A stretch of 64,000 nucleotides of DNA from Bacteroidota bacterium (GCA_041192805.1 JBEEMF010000101.1:8096-72095); one strand, 5' to 3'; shown: positions 29,014-39,779, counted from the first letter of the stretch. Translations and numbers: made by a program. The notes: generated by a model not told the origin, from the letters alone.

Positions 29014-30540
29014 TTACTTCTTGATTTTTCCGATGGATGAGCTTAGGCCGAAGTAGACATTCATGCCTTTGATATTGTTCGACATCATATTGGAAAGAAA
29101 ATTGTCGGACCCTATAAATATTGGACCTACCCTAACACAAGCGCCGATATTCCCTTTTCGATAATCGTTGGTCAAACCGACAGGCATCGACACCTCTATC
29201 CATTTGGTTTCTACACGCGGGATAATCACCAAAGACGACGGCTGCCTAAACCCAATAGATTTAAGCGACAACAAAGACTGTTGCCAATGAAAAGCGGCAT
29301 AAAACCCCGCCATAATTCTCAGATCGCCTTGAACATGCAATTGCGTTGGTAGAAAAAAACGGACTGTACCTGTTTCTTGCTTGTAATTCATGTTCTTTTT
29401 TGCAAATTCCTCCAAATAGGTATAGCCACCGCTACCCCCTTGTTGAAAGGCCCCAAAGAATGCAGAATCAGTTTTAAGTGTTACCGGCGATGCATTGCTA
29501 AAAGAGAACGTATTGATTTGACTGCCGTAATTGAGCTTACCAAAATCGCTAACAGATGCTGCCAATCGCCAATGATAATTGCGCGCAGTGGGGTCTCCCA
29601 ACCATCGTTCTTTCATTTGAGCACTCGCACCACCTTTCCCCCCTTCCACCGTAAATCCCAGGTCAAAGCCGATGCCATGTCCCATAATATTTCTAAATGA
29701 TGGCAAACCACCGATCATTCCGCTCATTATCTTTTTAAAAACCTGGGTTTCAGAATACGATACTTGCACATTGCTCTGCATAAACTGCATTGAATCACGT
29801 CCATAAGTTCGCAGCTGAAGTCCCTCAGAAACGATAGAAAAATGCCCCAACCCCATTAAATATTTAGCAGTTCCACCGATGGAAATTTTCAACTTCTTTG
29901 AATCTATGATGGCGGCGGCCAATGAAGCACCCAATTCTTGATAGGCATTCGCTTGAAATGAAAATGGCAACGATGAACGTTGATCCAAATTTCCGTTTTT
30001 GCCTCGCATAGAAGTATCAAACAAAACCCTTCCGTAATCCAATAACCCGGCAGAGACATTTCTTACAGAAACCTGAGTTCGAGTTCTACTGTGCGTTGAC
30101 CATACAAATCGCTTTCCAATGCGATTGGCGTACGATGGACCTCTGTATTCTGCCGAAACGCTACCCCATCCAGAAGTGCCAATGGGCTGTTGTTTTAGAA
30201 AGTCTTTTTGCCAATGAACTTTGCCGTTGGCGTTTTGAAATTGCGCTGGAACATTTCCTGTTATTGCTTGCCAAAGTGTAAAGGGCGCGGTGATAACGAA
30301 CATGTTATTATTGACTTCAAACCCCAAGGTTGAAATATTCGCATGCCGCTTATAAGCCATAGATGTTAGCAAGGCGGGATTTGAATACACTGAATGAACG
30401 CCCGCGAAGTTGCTATTTTGAATTCCTTCAAATGTTTGAGCATTTAGGACGGCTGTTGACCCCGACCAAAAGTTAAAAACCCCAAATACGATCCAAAAGA
30501 CAACGCCATTCAAACATCGATTAACTTTTTGGTCTAACAT
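29014..30540 (-). CDS. DUF5723-like outer-membrane beta-barrel protein
   Basis: NFAGV...NPA, GFDLG, DFG, LPTQL and GPIFIGSDN. Start moved to MLDQKV because the longer ORF runs through the upstream terminator. Confidence 0.7.
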   Translation of the reverse strand: MLDQKVNRCLNGVVFWIVFGVFNFWSGSTAVLNAQTFEGIQNSNFAGVHSVYSNPALLTSMAYKRHANISTLGFEVNNNMFVITAPFTLWQAITGNVPAQFQNANGKVHWQKDFLKQQPIGTSGWGSVSAEYRGPSYANRIGKRFVWSTHSRTRTQVSVRNVSAGLLDYGRVLFDTSMRGKNGNLDQRSSLPFSFQANAYQELGASLAAAIIDSKKLKISIGGTAKYLMGLGHFSIVSEGLQLRTYGRDSMQFMQSNVQVSYSETQVFKKIMSGMIGGLPSFRNIMGHGIGFDLGFTVEGGKGGASAQMKERWLGDPTARNYHWRLAASVSDFGKLNYGSQINTFSFSNASPVTLKTDSAFFGAFQQGGSGGYTYLEEFAKKNMNYKQETGTVRFFLPTQLHVQGDLRIMAGFYAAFHWQQSLLSLKSIGFRQPSSLVIIPRVETKWIEVSMPVGLTNDYRKGNIGACVRVGPIFIGSDNFLSNMMSNNIKGMNVYFGLSSSIGKIKK

Positions 30541-30566
30541 ATAGAACAAAAATCGATGTTTACAAA

Positions 30567-30597
30567 TAAAAAAGAGCCGGGCAAGCCCGGCTCTTTT
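30567..30597 (-). terminator. Intrinsic terminator after the T9SS cargo gene
   Basis: AAAAGAGCCGGGC-AA-GCCCGGCTCTTTT hairpin, followed by a U tract on the minus strand. Confidence 0.85.
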
Positions 30598-30616
30598 CAA
30601 CAGATATAATAAGTGA

Positions 30617-31975
30617 TTAGTTTACTGTCAATTTACTGCTCATACGACCCGCAGCACTTTCCAATGTCACCATGTAGATACCGTTTGACAAACCGTTGGT
30701 GTTAACAACAACAGCGTTTTGACCAGTTACATATTGCTTGGCTTCGTTGCTCAATACAACACGACCGTTCATATCAGTAACTACAGTTTTAACCATTGCA
30801 TTTGCGCTCAAGTTGAAAACAACATCAACTTGTGCATTGCTAGCAGCTGGGTTAGGATAAACTTGGATACCAGTGATACCAGAGTTGATTTTATTGGTTG
30901 ATAAGTTCGGGGTTGTGATGTGAACGAAGTTAGGGAAGAACAAAGAATTTGTCCAAATAGTACCTGGCAAGTAAGACTTCAAGAAACCAAATAAGGTTTG
31001 ACCATAACGCACTTGGAAGTTACAAACGAACATGTTGTTAATTTTGTTGGTAGACAAAATTTCTTGAGAGTGGCCAGTCAAAGAAGCCAAGCTCAATCCG
31101 TACAAGTTGTATTTCATCCACGCAGAACCATCATAAGCAATACCTACATCACCCAATTTGGCTTTTTGCATTGGCTTGTAAACAATACTAAAAGCAAACA
31201 GGTTAGCAGAGTTATTTGCACCGTTGGTAGATTGTGATTTTACATTTATCGGGATTTGAATTCCGCGACCGATAAAAGATTTGGGTTTATCATTTTCTAA
31301 AATCAAACTATCAGCATATGCTTTTGTCAATAATAGCGTATCTGTTTTGAGTGCAGTACTATTCAACAAAGATTTGGTAGAAAAATTGTCAACCGCCGGA
31401 GTCGCATAACGATAAGTTACGCCAGGGTTGGCCTGGTAAGAATATCCACCTACTTTGATTCCACCAATATTGAAATACTGAATGTAAACTGTATCAACGA
31501 TATCTACCAAATTGCCATTCACTGTCATTTTGTCTGCCTGACGGATGTAAAATTGAGTAAACGCCAATGAATCAACGGTGTAAGGATTAAAACGAGTTAA
31601 TACGCTTTTACCTGAAGCCAAGTAGTTACTATCTTTTGGATCAAAAGTAGAACCAATTACGTGAAAACCTGTTTTTGATTTTGTACCATCTGTGTAAACA
31701 GTGTATAGGTTAGTATCCGGTTGGATAAAGTTTACAAAACGATCCAACTTCTGACCCAACAAAGTACCTTCTTCGTAAGATCCAGTAAAATTGTACCAGT
31801 CGCTGTAAACATCAGCACGACGGCTTGGCACTAGTTTTTTATCCTTAAGGACGTAAGAAGTCTTGTTAATTGAAATGTTTTTCTGAGCGTCAGAAATTTT
31901 AAGCTCTGCAGTTTGAGCAATCGCCCCGGTGGTTAATCCGATCAACGCGGCGAATGAAAGTACTAATTTTTTCAT
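30617..31975 (-). CDS. T9SS type A sorting domain-containing protein
   Basis: Signal peptide; C-terminal VYPNPA..DMNGRVV..GLSNGIYMV..KLTVN; TATATTTG -7 element at 31995-32002. Confidence 0.85.
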   Translation of the reverse strand: MKKLVLSFAALIGLTTGAIAQTAELKISDAQKNISINKTSYVLKDKKLVPSRRADVYSDWYNFTGSYEEGTLLGQKLDRFVNFIQPDTNLYTVYTDGTKSKTGFHVIGSTFDPKDSNYLASGKSVLTRFNPYTVDSLAFTQFYIRQADKMTVNGNLVDIVDTVYIQYFNIGGIKVGGYSYQANPGVTYRYATPAVDNFSTKSLLNSTALKTDTLLLTKAYADSLILENDKPKSFIGRGIQIPINVKSQSTNGANNSANLFAFSIVYKPMQKAKLGDVGIAYDGSAWMKYNLYGLSLASLTGHSQEILSTNKINNMFVCNFQVRYGQTLFGFLKSYLPGTIWTNSLFFPNFVHITTPNLSTNKINSGITGIQVYPNPAASNAQVDVVFNLSANAMVKTVVTDMNGRVVLSNEAKQYVTGQNAVVVNTNGLSNGIYMVTLESAAGRMSSKLTVN

Positions 31976-32097
31976 CTGTATTTAGTGTTTAGTGCAAATA
32001 TAATAAAAAAGTATCAATCCTTAATCCAACATCGCGGGATGACATAAAAATTGCACGACTAAAGAAAATAATTGGTCTTAATATTCAACAATAAAAC

Positions 32098-32802
32098 TTA
32101 AATATCGCCAAGAATGGGCCTTAGCAGCACCTCTTCCATTACGGTATTTTCATTTATCAAGAACGCTGAATACAAAGCATTTGCAACATCCTCGGGCTTG
32201 ATAAACCTCGTGGAGGGCAAATCAACACCAGCCCAACTATCCGTGAGTGTAGCGCCAGGCAAAATAGCGGTTACGCGGATATCATGCGGCATCCCTTCCA
32301 ATCGGAGCGACTTACTAAACCCTAGCATTGCGAACTTGGAAACAGAATAACTTCCCCCAGCGGCATAGGCTGTGATACTTGCGATACTGCACATATTAAA
32401 AACGTGTGACCTATGGGATAATTTCAATAAGGGCCACAAACCTTTGGTGATGTGATAGGCTGAATTCATGTTGGTTGTCATCAAGGTTTCGAATTGACCT
32501 TCCTCTTCCCCCATCATCGTACCGGGCAAGAAAACACCCGCATTGTTCACCAAAACCGTAAGCGACGACCAGGTTTCACAAATCGTAGCGGTGCATCGTT
32601 TAGCAACATCAGACTGAGAAAGGTCGCCAGCGAAAGTATGTACCTCAGGAGCACCGGCTAATAGCAACTGAGATTTCGCATCTAACAAGCGAACATTGTC
32701 TCTACCGACGATAAACAGGGAGAATCCAGCTTCCGCCAATCTCTTGGCCACGGAAAATCCTATTCCCTTACTAGCCCCTGTTACTACGGCATTGAAATTC
32801 AT
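32098..32802 (-). CDS. SDR family oxidoreductase
   Basis: TGASKGIG, NNAG and YSVSK (YxxxK). Confidence 0.92.
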   Translation of the reverse strand: MNFNAVVTGASKGIGFSVAKRLAEAGFSLFIVGRDNVRLLDAKSQLLLAGAPEVHTFAGDLSQSDVAKRCTATICETWSSLTVLVNNAGVFLPGTMMGEEEGQFETLMTTNMNSAYHITKGLWPLLKLSHRSHVFNMCSIASITAYAAGGSYSVSKFAMLGFSKSLRLEGMPHDIRVTAILPGATLTDSWAGVDLPSTRFIKPEDVANALYSAFLINENTVMEEVLLRPILGDI

Positions 32803-32805
32803 AAA

Positions 32806-33165
32806 TTAGTCTTCATCATCCGTGCTAGCCTTGCGTGGATCGTCTTCGGCTTCTTCCTCCTCTTCTTCTGCTTCCTCTTCTTCATCATCGCCTTTTGATT
32901 TGGTAGAAGAACGTATCAACGCATCTAAATCCTCGTCTGAAAGGACTTCTTTGGCGCGTGTACTCAACTTAACCAAATAACTGGTTGACTCCGTTTCTAA
33001 TCTAACGGCCGTCACAATCTCCCCTTTTGAATTGGGATATCGAACCGTTTTTCCCGTTACGCCGGTTGGGAACGTCTCGTCGAATAAGTCAAGTAATTCG
33101 GGCGACAATTTGGCGTACTCAATAACAACTTTAGGCTTGTCCATCTCTTCAAATATATTTTTCAA
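32806..33165 (-). CDS. Small protein with a strongly acidic C-terminal tail
   Basis: VIEYAKLSPELL...YLVKLS core plus DDEEEEAEEEEEEAEDD tail; start uncertain (TTG). Confidence 0.7.
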   Translation of the reverse strand: MKNIFEEMDKPKVVIEYAKLSPELLDLFDETFPTGVTGKTVRYPNSKGEIVTAVRLETESTSYLVKLSTRAKEVLSDEDLDALIRSSTKSKGDDEEEEAEEEEEEAEDDPRKASTDDED

Positions 33166-33226
33166 AAAAACAACACAATTTGCCTTCTATTACACGGGTT
33201 TTGCACATTTTTTTCGCAGTGTAGGA

Positions 33227-35113
33227 TTATCTATTCATGCTAATAAGGAACTCGTTGTTATCCTTTGTATTCTGCATGTATTTGAGGAAGGTATTCATGG
33301 CTTCTTCGCTGTTCATATCGGCCAAATGATTCCTTAATACCCACATTCTTTGGTTGGTTACTTTATCAACAAGGAGGTCATCACGTCGAGTACTAGAAGA
33401 AAGTATATCAATCGCAGGGAAAATTCGCTTGTTAGAAAGCTTGCGATCCAGCTGCAATTCCATGTTACCGGTACCCTTGAATTCTTCAAAAATCACTTCG
33501 TCCATTTTCGATCCAGTATCTGTTAATGCTGTTGCGATAATGGTTAATGATCCACCGCCTTCGATATTTCTGGCAGCACCAAAGAAACGTTTTGGCTTGT
33601 GAAGCGCATTTGCATCAACTCCACCCGAAAGAATCTTGCCTGATGCAGGTTGAACGGTATTATAAGCACGGGCCAATCGAGTAATAGAATCCAACAGAAT
33701 GACAACATCATGTCCGCATTCTACCAATCTTTTCGCTTTTTCAAGTACGATGTTGGTCAGTTTTACGTGTTTATCGGCAGGTTCATCAAACGTTGATGCT
33801 ACTACTTCCGCACGAACGCTGCGAGCCATGTCGGTTACTTCCTCCGGACGTTCATCGATCAACAAAATGATCATATACACTTCTGGGTGATTTTTGGCGA
33901 TGGCGTTTGCGATGCCTTTCAGCAACCACGTTTTACCGGTTTTAGGCTGGGCGACAATTAATCCGCGCTGTCCTTTTCCGATTGGCGATATCAAATCGAT
34001 GATTCGATTGGGGTAATTGCTTGCGCTATCGCACAAATTCAATTTCTCATCCGGAAATAAGGGCGTAAGGTGTTCAAAAGCAACGCGATCTCTCACTTCT
34101 TCTGGGGTACGTCCGTTTACGCTTTCGATTTTCACCAAGCAGAAATATTTTTCATTTTCTTTTGGCGGACGAATGCTACCGCGAACGGTATCGCCTGTTT
34201 TGAGACCATTTTGTTTGATCATAAAACCAGGGATATATACATCATCGGGTGATGCAACGTAATTGTAATCTGGGGATCTTAAAAAGCCGTAACCATCGGG
34301 CACAGTTTCCAGCACACCTTGGGTAGAGACCACACCATCCATATCAGTAAACAGGGCCAATGCCTCTCTCCTACGCTTTTCATCGGGAGTAAGTTGGGGC
34401 TCCTGTCTTGGTGTAGGCGTTGAAACGGTATTTTCCGAATTCTCAGTACGCGGCTCACGATTTTCTACTCTTGGCTCACGATTTTCATTCCGTGGCGGTG
34501 TATTCTCGCGATTTTCATTGCGAGGGGTATTTTCGCGGGGGCCACGAGGCTCACGATTTTGCCTAGGCTCTCTAACTTCTTTATTTTCAGTATTGTTCAC
34601 AACTAGCGCTGTACCCGTTTCGCGAACTTCTGAGTTTTCAGTTTCGATGGCCGTTCTATCTGCTTCCGCACCTACTTCCCTATGTCGTTGAAACGGCTTG
34701 GGCTGTTGGTTACGCTTGAATGGATTGGCATTGGTTTGGTTTGCTGGCCTTGGATTGACAGGATGTCTGAGGACCGCTTCACCATCGGGGGTTACTGAAG
34801 CCAATTTTTCGGCTTGCAGTTCTTCGGCTGTTTTGCGCGGCCTGCGGCCGCGCCGACCTCCATCAACCTCATCGAAATTTTCAGCGGTTTCATTCGCATC
34901 GTTTCCAACGTTTTCAATGGGGGTTTCACTCACCACGGGCTTTTCGGAAGTCGCAGAAGTATCCTTAACGCCAGCAACCATCGTTGCCTTCATTTCAATA
35001 CTCGCAATCAACTCGCCCTTTTTCATTTTAGCAGTGTTTTCAACACTTAGGGATTCGGCAAGGGTACGCAAATCACCCACACTCATTTTAGAGAAATCTG
35101 GTCTATCGGCCAT
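33227..35113 (-). CDS. rho: Transcription termination factor Rho with a long N-terminal disordered insertion
   Basis: [43 protein letters not shown] and FKGTGN. Confidence 0.97.
   Translation of the reverse strand: MADRPDFSKMSVGDLRTLAESLSVENTAKMKKGELIASIEMKATMVAGVKDTSATSEKPVVSETPIENVGNDANETAENFDEVDGGRRGRRPRKTAEELQAEKLASVTPDGEAVLRHPVNPRPANQTNANPFKRNQQPKPFQRHREVGAEADRTAIETENSEVRETGTALVVNNTENKEVREPRQNREPRGPRENTPRNENRENTPPRNENREPRVENREPRTENSENTVSTPTPRQEPQLTPDEKRRREALALFTDMDGVVSTQGVLETVPDGYGFLRSPDYNYVASPDDVYIPGFMIKQNGLKTGDTVRGSIRPPKENEKYFCLVKIESVNGRTPEEVRDRVAFEHLTPLFPDEKLNLCDSASNYPNRIIDLISPIGKGQRGLIVAQPKTGKTWLLKGIANAIAKNHPEVYMIILLIDERPEEVTDMARSVRAEVVASTFDEPADKHVKLTNIVLEKAKRLVECGHDVVILLDSITRLARAYNTVQPASGKILSGGVDANALHKPKRFFGAARNIEGGGSLTIIATALTDTGSKMDEVIFEEFKGTGNMELQLDRKLSNKRIFPAIDILSSSTRRDDLLVDKVTNQRMWVLRNHLADMNSEEAMNTFLKYMQNTKDNNEFLISMNR
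34435..34590 (-). repeat. Degenerate (EN)REPR coding repeats in the Rho insertion
   Basis: Recurrent plus-strand GGCTCACGATTTT and CGATTTTCATT; protein [42 protein letters not shown]. Confidence 0.8.
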
Positions 35114-35273
35114 AAATAATAATAGTATACAAGAATTTTAAGGAATAAATAATACTTAGATTTTGTTGGATTGCAGACGCGCAATTCAGAACTACATTGC
35201 AATTATAGGTGAAAATTCGTTCCAATAAAAACAAAACCGCATTTTCTTCAATTATCTTTGGCTTTTTAACGGC

Positions 35274-36536
35274 ATGTCGAGGCTCAAACTTACACTCCTA
35301 TTACTATTTGCCTTCAGCAGCGCGGCCCAAGCCATGCAAATTCTTATTTCCATGGATGAATCACAAAAAAATCATCTAAAGTCGTATGGAATTGCATTTT
35401 GGCTACTCAAACAAAAACAAGAAGTTCAATGGCTCCTCAATTACAATGGTGGCTCATTCATGTTTCAGTATTCTCAAGAGGCCGAACGCGAATGCAAAGT
35501 TAGAGGCGTATCCTATGAGACCATTTCCGATGCCGCTGCCAACGCCATCATCACCCAAATCCAAGACCCCGCCGCCAACCTGAACGCGGTAAAATTGCTA
35601 AATGCCCCTAAAATCGCCGTCTACTCTCCCAAAACCAAACAACCTTGGGACGATGCAGTGACCCTAGTCCTCTCCTACGCCGAAATTCCTTACGATGTGA
35701 TATTCGATGATGAAGTCCTTAGCGGCAAAATCCTTGAATACGATTGGCTACACCTTCACCACGAAGACTTCACAGGCCAATATGGTAAATTTTACTCAAG
35801 CTACGCCTCGGCCCCATGGTACCAAGCCGAAGTCGCCGAATCCGAATCCATGGCCGCCAAACACGGATTTGAATCAAACAGAGAACTCAAATTAGCGGTT
35901 GTCAAAAAAATCCGAGATTTCATGCTTGGTGGTGGTTTTCTATTTGCAATGTGCAGTGCAACCGACTCCTACGACATAGCGATGGCTGCCGAATCCACCG
36001 ATATCTGTGAAAGTATGTTCGATGGAACGCCAGCGGATCAAAATGCGCAAAGCAAGTTAAACTTCGACAACTGCATCGCCTTTAAGGACTTCGCGTTAAA
36101 CATGGACCCCTATTTTTATGAGTTTTCTAACATCGATGTCGACCCACGAACTAGAGCTGTTTCAGAAGAAAACGACTTATTCACCCTATTCGACTATTCC
36201 GCAAAATGGGATTTGATCCCCAGCATACTTTGTCAGAACCACACCAAAACCATCAAAGGATTTATGGGCCAAACCACTGCTTACCGAAGTCATTTGGTTA
36301 GAAGCGATGTCTTGGTGATGGGCGAAAACGCTTTGCTAAACGAAGCTCGATATCTGCACGGAGAATTCGGCAAGGGCACTTGGACGTTTTTTGGCGGGCA
36401 TGATCCTGAAGATTATCAGCATTTTGTGGGTGAGGCTCCCACCGACTTAAACTTACACCCAAATAGTCCTGGGTATCGATTGATATTGAACAACATCCTA
36501 TTTCCTTCGGCACAAAAATCGAAGCAAAAAACCTAA
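35274..36536 (+). CDS. Exported class I glutamine amidotransferase-like protein (family often labelled 'asparagine synthetase B' in Bacteroidota)
   Basis: Signal peptide; HLKSYG, QPWDDAVT, WLHLHHEDFTGQYGKF, FAMCSATD and GGHDPED; TATCTTTG -7 element at 35253-35260. Confidence 0.78.
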   Translation: MSRLKLTLLLLFAFSSAAQAMQILISMDESQKNHLKSYGIAFWLLKQKQEVQWLLNYNGGSFMFQYSQEAERECKVRGVSYETISDAAANAIITQIQDPAANLNAVKLLNAPKIAVYSPKTKQPWDDAVTLVLSYAEIPYDVIFDDEVLSGKILEYDWLHLHHEDFTGQYGKFYSSYASAPWYQAEVAESESMAAKHGFESNRELKLAVVKKIRDFMLGGGFLFAMCSATDSYDIAMAAESTDICESMFDGTPADQNAQSKLNFDNCIAFKDFALNMDPYFYEFSNIDVDPRTRAVSEENDLFTLFDYSAKWDLIPSILCQNHTKTIKGFMGQTTAYRSHLVRSDVLVMGENALLNEARYLHGEFGKGTWTFFGGHDPEDYQHFVGEAPTDLNLHPNSPGYRLILNNILFPSAQKSKQKT

Positions 36537-36539
36537 GCC

Positions 36540-38708
36540 ATGTTCTTTCAGCAAATCAAAGAATCCTTTGGGAAAACGCCTCGTTATTTTCAGTTGGGAT
36601 GGATTTTGGTGGTTATTGGCAGCCTCGCACTCCGATTTGTGGGGATCGATGGTCGGGCCTGGGGATACGATGAGTTGAGTGCTGTTTTCCGCGCTATGTC
36701 GACCTCTCACAATTGGCATGCTCATTTAGAAAAAGGCGTTGCGGTAGACGGACATCCTGCTGGACTACAAACAATTTTATGGTGGTGGATTTCTTTAGCG
36801 GGCAGTGATGTTTTGTGGCCGCGAATTTTCACAGCCCTATTTTCTATTGGTGTATTGTGGCAATTTCATCGCATGGCCAAAACATTGTTTGGATTTGAAG
36901 CGGCGTTTTGGGCGGTTGCGATGATGGGATTGATGTGGTGGCAGGTGAATATGGGCATTTGGATCCGACCTTACATTTTTGCTTTGCCATTTGTATTGGG
37001 GTCGTGGAATTTGGTATTGGGCTTATTAAAAAACAGGGATTCGAATGGCGATGTTTTGCTCCCCAATCAGATGGGCTGGTTCGCGGTGAAGTTAGGCGGC
37101 ACCCTGGCGGGCGCCGCCTACTTCCATTATTTCGCCGGCCTAACGGCCGGCGCATCCTTCATCGCATTGCTACTCATCCAACCCAAAATTCAAACCAACC
37201 CTTCCAATCACACGCAAGGACTTCACCCATCGTACATTTTATTCCTGCCAGTCACATTTGCCATCCTATTCTATCTGCCCCACCTGCCCCTCACCTTCGC
37301 CCAATTTCAACTCGGTGGACTCGGATGGCTTAATCAACCTAAACCGCAATTCCTTTGGCAATTCTTAAAATTCGCCACCGGTTATTCCCTGCCCGTACTA
37401 ATAATCTTCGTGGGTAGCATCATTTATGTGCTACAATACCAGATTCGCATCGCCTATTTGCCAAAACCCGCATCGATAAAACGCATCTTTCGTCAGCCCT
37501 CAACATTACTCACCCTGGGCTTCTTCTTAGTATTCGGCTTCGGCTATTTCTATTCCGTTGTTCGCGCCCCAATCCTGCAAAACAACGCGCTGTACTTTGC
37601 CTTCCCCTTGCTCATCCTCGTTGCGTCATCCGGCATCGCAACACTCAGAAATCAATTGGGGCAAACAACAAACGGCAACAACCGGTTTGAAAAGCTCACC
37701 CAACCTTTGGCGCTGCTCATTCCAGCCCTGTTTCTGTTCAATACCCTCTACCAAAAACAGTTCCTCACCCTAGAACGAAAAGGAACCCATCACCGCATCG
37801 TAGAGCAATCCATCGCCTTTGCCCAGCAACAATCGAAACTTCTGAGGGCGATCCCAGTAAAAAGTGACCTACACATTTGGCTTGATGGACCGGCCGACAA
37901 CTACCAATTCCACAGAAGCCAAATCTTATATAAACACAATTTCTCAAACATACCCCCTGCGGAATATTTTGAATCGCACGGACCAACCCTTCCCTTCATC
38001 GCTGAGAAACTCAAGTCGCTAAAGCCCAATTCTCAAGTGTTCCTAGGTATTCAATCAGGCAGTCAACCTTGGCTTTTGCCCCTGATCGAATCGCATTTCA
38101 ATTACACTTCGCGATATAGAATTCAAAATCCCAATACCTCTAATCCAAAGGAAAATCACTCGGTCCCACTGACCCAACCGCAACGACTAAAAATCCAAGA
38201 GCCCATTGGGGCAAATTCAATTCCCCACGAATCCCTCATCGGTGGCGAATGGTCAACCCTAGCCGAGCCCCGCGAGCCTCAGTTTACCGCGAAAGATTTA
38301 CACCTGCTTAACGCAAAGTTCATTCATAACACGGCTGACACCACCCTTCTATCAACCACGATAGTACTCTACGAATTTGAGCCATCACCCAATGATGTGA
38401 TCCTGATTGTGGTGAAAGTCGCAGACGCCCAAGGAGAAATCCAAACATCGCTTTGGAATCCGAAAGAACCCGAAAAAGATAACTATCCTGATAAATTTCT
38501 CCAAAATACCCATCAGATCGATTGGCGCAGCACCAAAATTGCAGATTACCAAAAAGCGGGCTTCAAATACGCCTTGCACGCCATCAAACTCGCCGATATC
38601 CCCGGTTGGGAGAACTATACCGCGTTGCGAATCCAAATCACCCGTGCAAGCCAATGCATGATCGGACTTTACAAAGGAAACCCTAATTTATATGGCGTTC
38701 AGCCATAA
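36540..38708 (+). CDS. GT-C fold membrane glycosyltransferase (GT39/PMT/ArnT-like)
   Basis: Multi-TM protein; first-loop YDE, DGHPAG, RPY and YFHYF motifs. Confidence 0.75.
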   Translation: MFFQQIKESFGKTPRYFQLGWILVVIGSLALRFVGIDGRAWGYDELSAVFRAMSTSHNWHAHLEKGVAVDGHPAGLQTILWWWISLAGSDVLWPRIFTALFSIGVLWQFHRMAKTLFGFEAAFWAVAMMGLMWWQVNMGIWIRPYIFALPFVLGSWNLVLGLLKNRDSNGDVLLPNQMGWFAVKLGGTLAGAAYFHYFAGLTAGASFIALLLIQPKIQTNPSNHTQGLHPSYILFLPVTFAILFYLPHLPLTFAQFQLGGLGWLNQPKPQFLWQFLKFATGYSLPVLIIFVGSIIYVLQYQIRIAYLPKPASIKRIFRQPSTLLTLGFFLVFGFGYFYSVVRAPILQNNALYFAFPLLILVASSGIATLRNQLGQTTNGNNRFEKLTQPLALLIPALFLFNTLYQKQFLTLERKGTHHRIVEQSIAFAQQQSKLLRAIPVKSDLHIWLDGPADNYQFHRSQILYKHNFSNIPPAEYFESHGPTLPFIAEKLKSLKPNSQVFLGIQSGSQPWLLPLIESHFNYTSRYRIQNPNTSNPKENHSVPLTQPQRLKIQEPIGANSIPHESLIGGEWSTLAEPREPQFTAKDLHLLNAKFIHNTADTTLLSTTIVLYEFEPSPNDVILIVVKVADAQGEIQTSLWNPKEPEKDNYPDKFLQNTHQIDWRSTKIADYQKAGFKYALHAIKLADIPGWENYTALRIQITRASQCMIGLYKGNPNLYGVQP

Positions 38709-38775
38709 AAAATCCCCGAGAAATTCCCAGGCCTTTAAAATTCTCCTTGCGCCATTGGCGAAGGCAAAAATCAAC

Positions 38776-39777
38776 CTATTGAAAGTGTGATGGATCTACC
38801 ACCGTAAATACCCGGTGTAGATTGAATCCCAATCTCACCCCTGCAGCGCCCCATCGTTCTGTATTTCTAGAAATAAACATCGATTCGTTCAAGCCCAAAC
38901 TGTTTGTGAAATCAACCTGAAATACGTGTCCGCCAGTTTCAATATCGAATCCCACAGAAAAGCTGTTATAGAAATCGCCATTGCCATTCAAAATGGGAAT
39001 GTATTCCATATTCAGCGATGTACGAGCGCTCAATTTATTCCTAAAGCCCATGCCTAAAGCAAATTGCGTTTGCGAGGTTCCAGTTGACACAAATGATTCA
39101 TTGGCGGCACTGTACACTTGATTCATGCCGGATCTAACCACTGTGGGCGAAATCACCCAAGAAAAATCGTCGTTCACTTTTTTTCCGATGATCACCTGTC
39201 CTACATACGACAAGCGATTTTTACCTGCAACACCCAAATGCATTGTCGCAGGGCCAGCAATACCGATAACTGTCTGATTATACTGGGTATTCTTGTAATC
39301 CACCGCGCCCAATAGCAGGATCGAAAGCGGCTTTTTATTATCCGATGTCTGATGCATCAGGCGATACTTAACATAGGCATCTACGCCTTTCTCTGATTTC
39401 ACGTTGTAGCGTCCCAACCCCACCATGAGGTTTTCATTCACTCCATATTCACCACCCAATCGAATCGTGGCCACATCCAGCCCAAAGGCATTCACTGCAT
39501 CCTCAGAGTTGAATTTCGCTGCGCCACTATTTAAAGCACCAAAGCGATGACTCATTTTGAAATCAAAAACACCCGCATCAACCAGTTCCAAGCTCTGAAG
39601 ATTCACGACTTTCGTGGTCTTAAAAGCAAATTGAACCTTTTCAGCGATTGGGGCCTTGGGTTCATCGAACAGAGAAAAACTACTATCTTCTTGTGCGAAA
39701 ATGGACGACGACATTAGTCCGGCGATGCACATCAAACCCATTTTTTTGATCATTTCAGTCATTATTTTGTATTTCAT
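38776..39777 (-). CDS. DUF5777-like beta-barrel outer-membrane protein (copy 2)
   Basis: FKTTKVVN.QS, SHRFG, FGLD.A.IRLG, FDIETGGHVFQ..TNS and GFNL.R.F; start uncertain. Confidence 0.8.
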   Translation of the reverse strand: MKYKIMTEMIKKMGLMCIAGLMSSSIFAQEDSSFSLFDEPKAPIAEKVQFAFKTTKVVNLQSLELVDAGVFDFKMSHRFGALNSGAAKFNSEDAVNAFGLDVATIRLGGEYGVNENLMVGLGRYNVKSEKGVDAYVKYRLMHQTSDNKKPLSILLLGAVDYKNTQYNQTVIGIAGPATMHLGVAGKNRLSYVGQVIIGKKVNDDFSWVISPTVVRSGMNQVYSAANESFVSTGTSQTQFALGMGFRNKLSARTSLNMEYIPILNGNGDFYNSFSVGFDIETGGHVFQVDFTNSLGLNESMFISRNTERWGAAGVRLGFNLHRVFTVVDPSHFQ

Positions 39778-39779
39778 GA

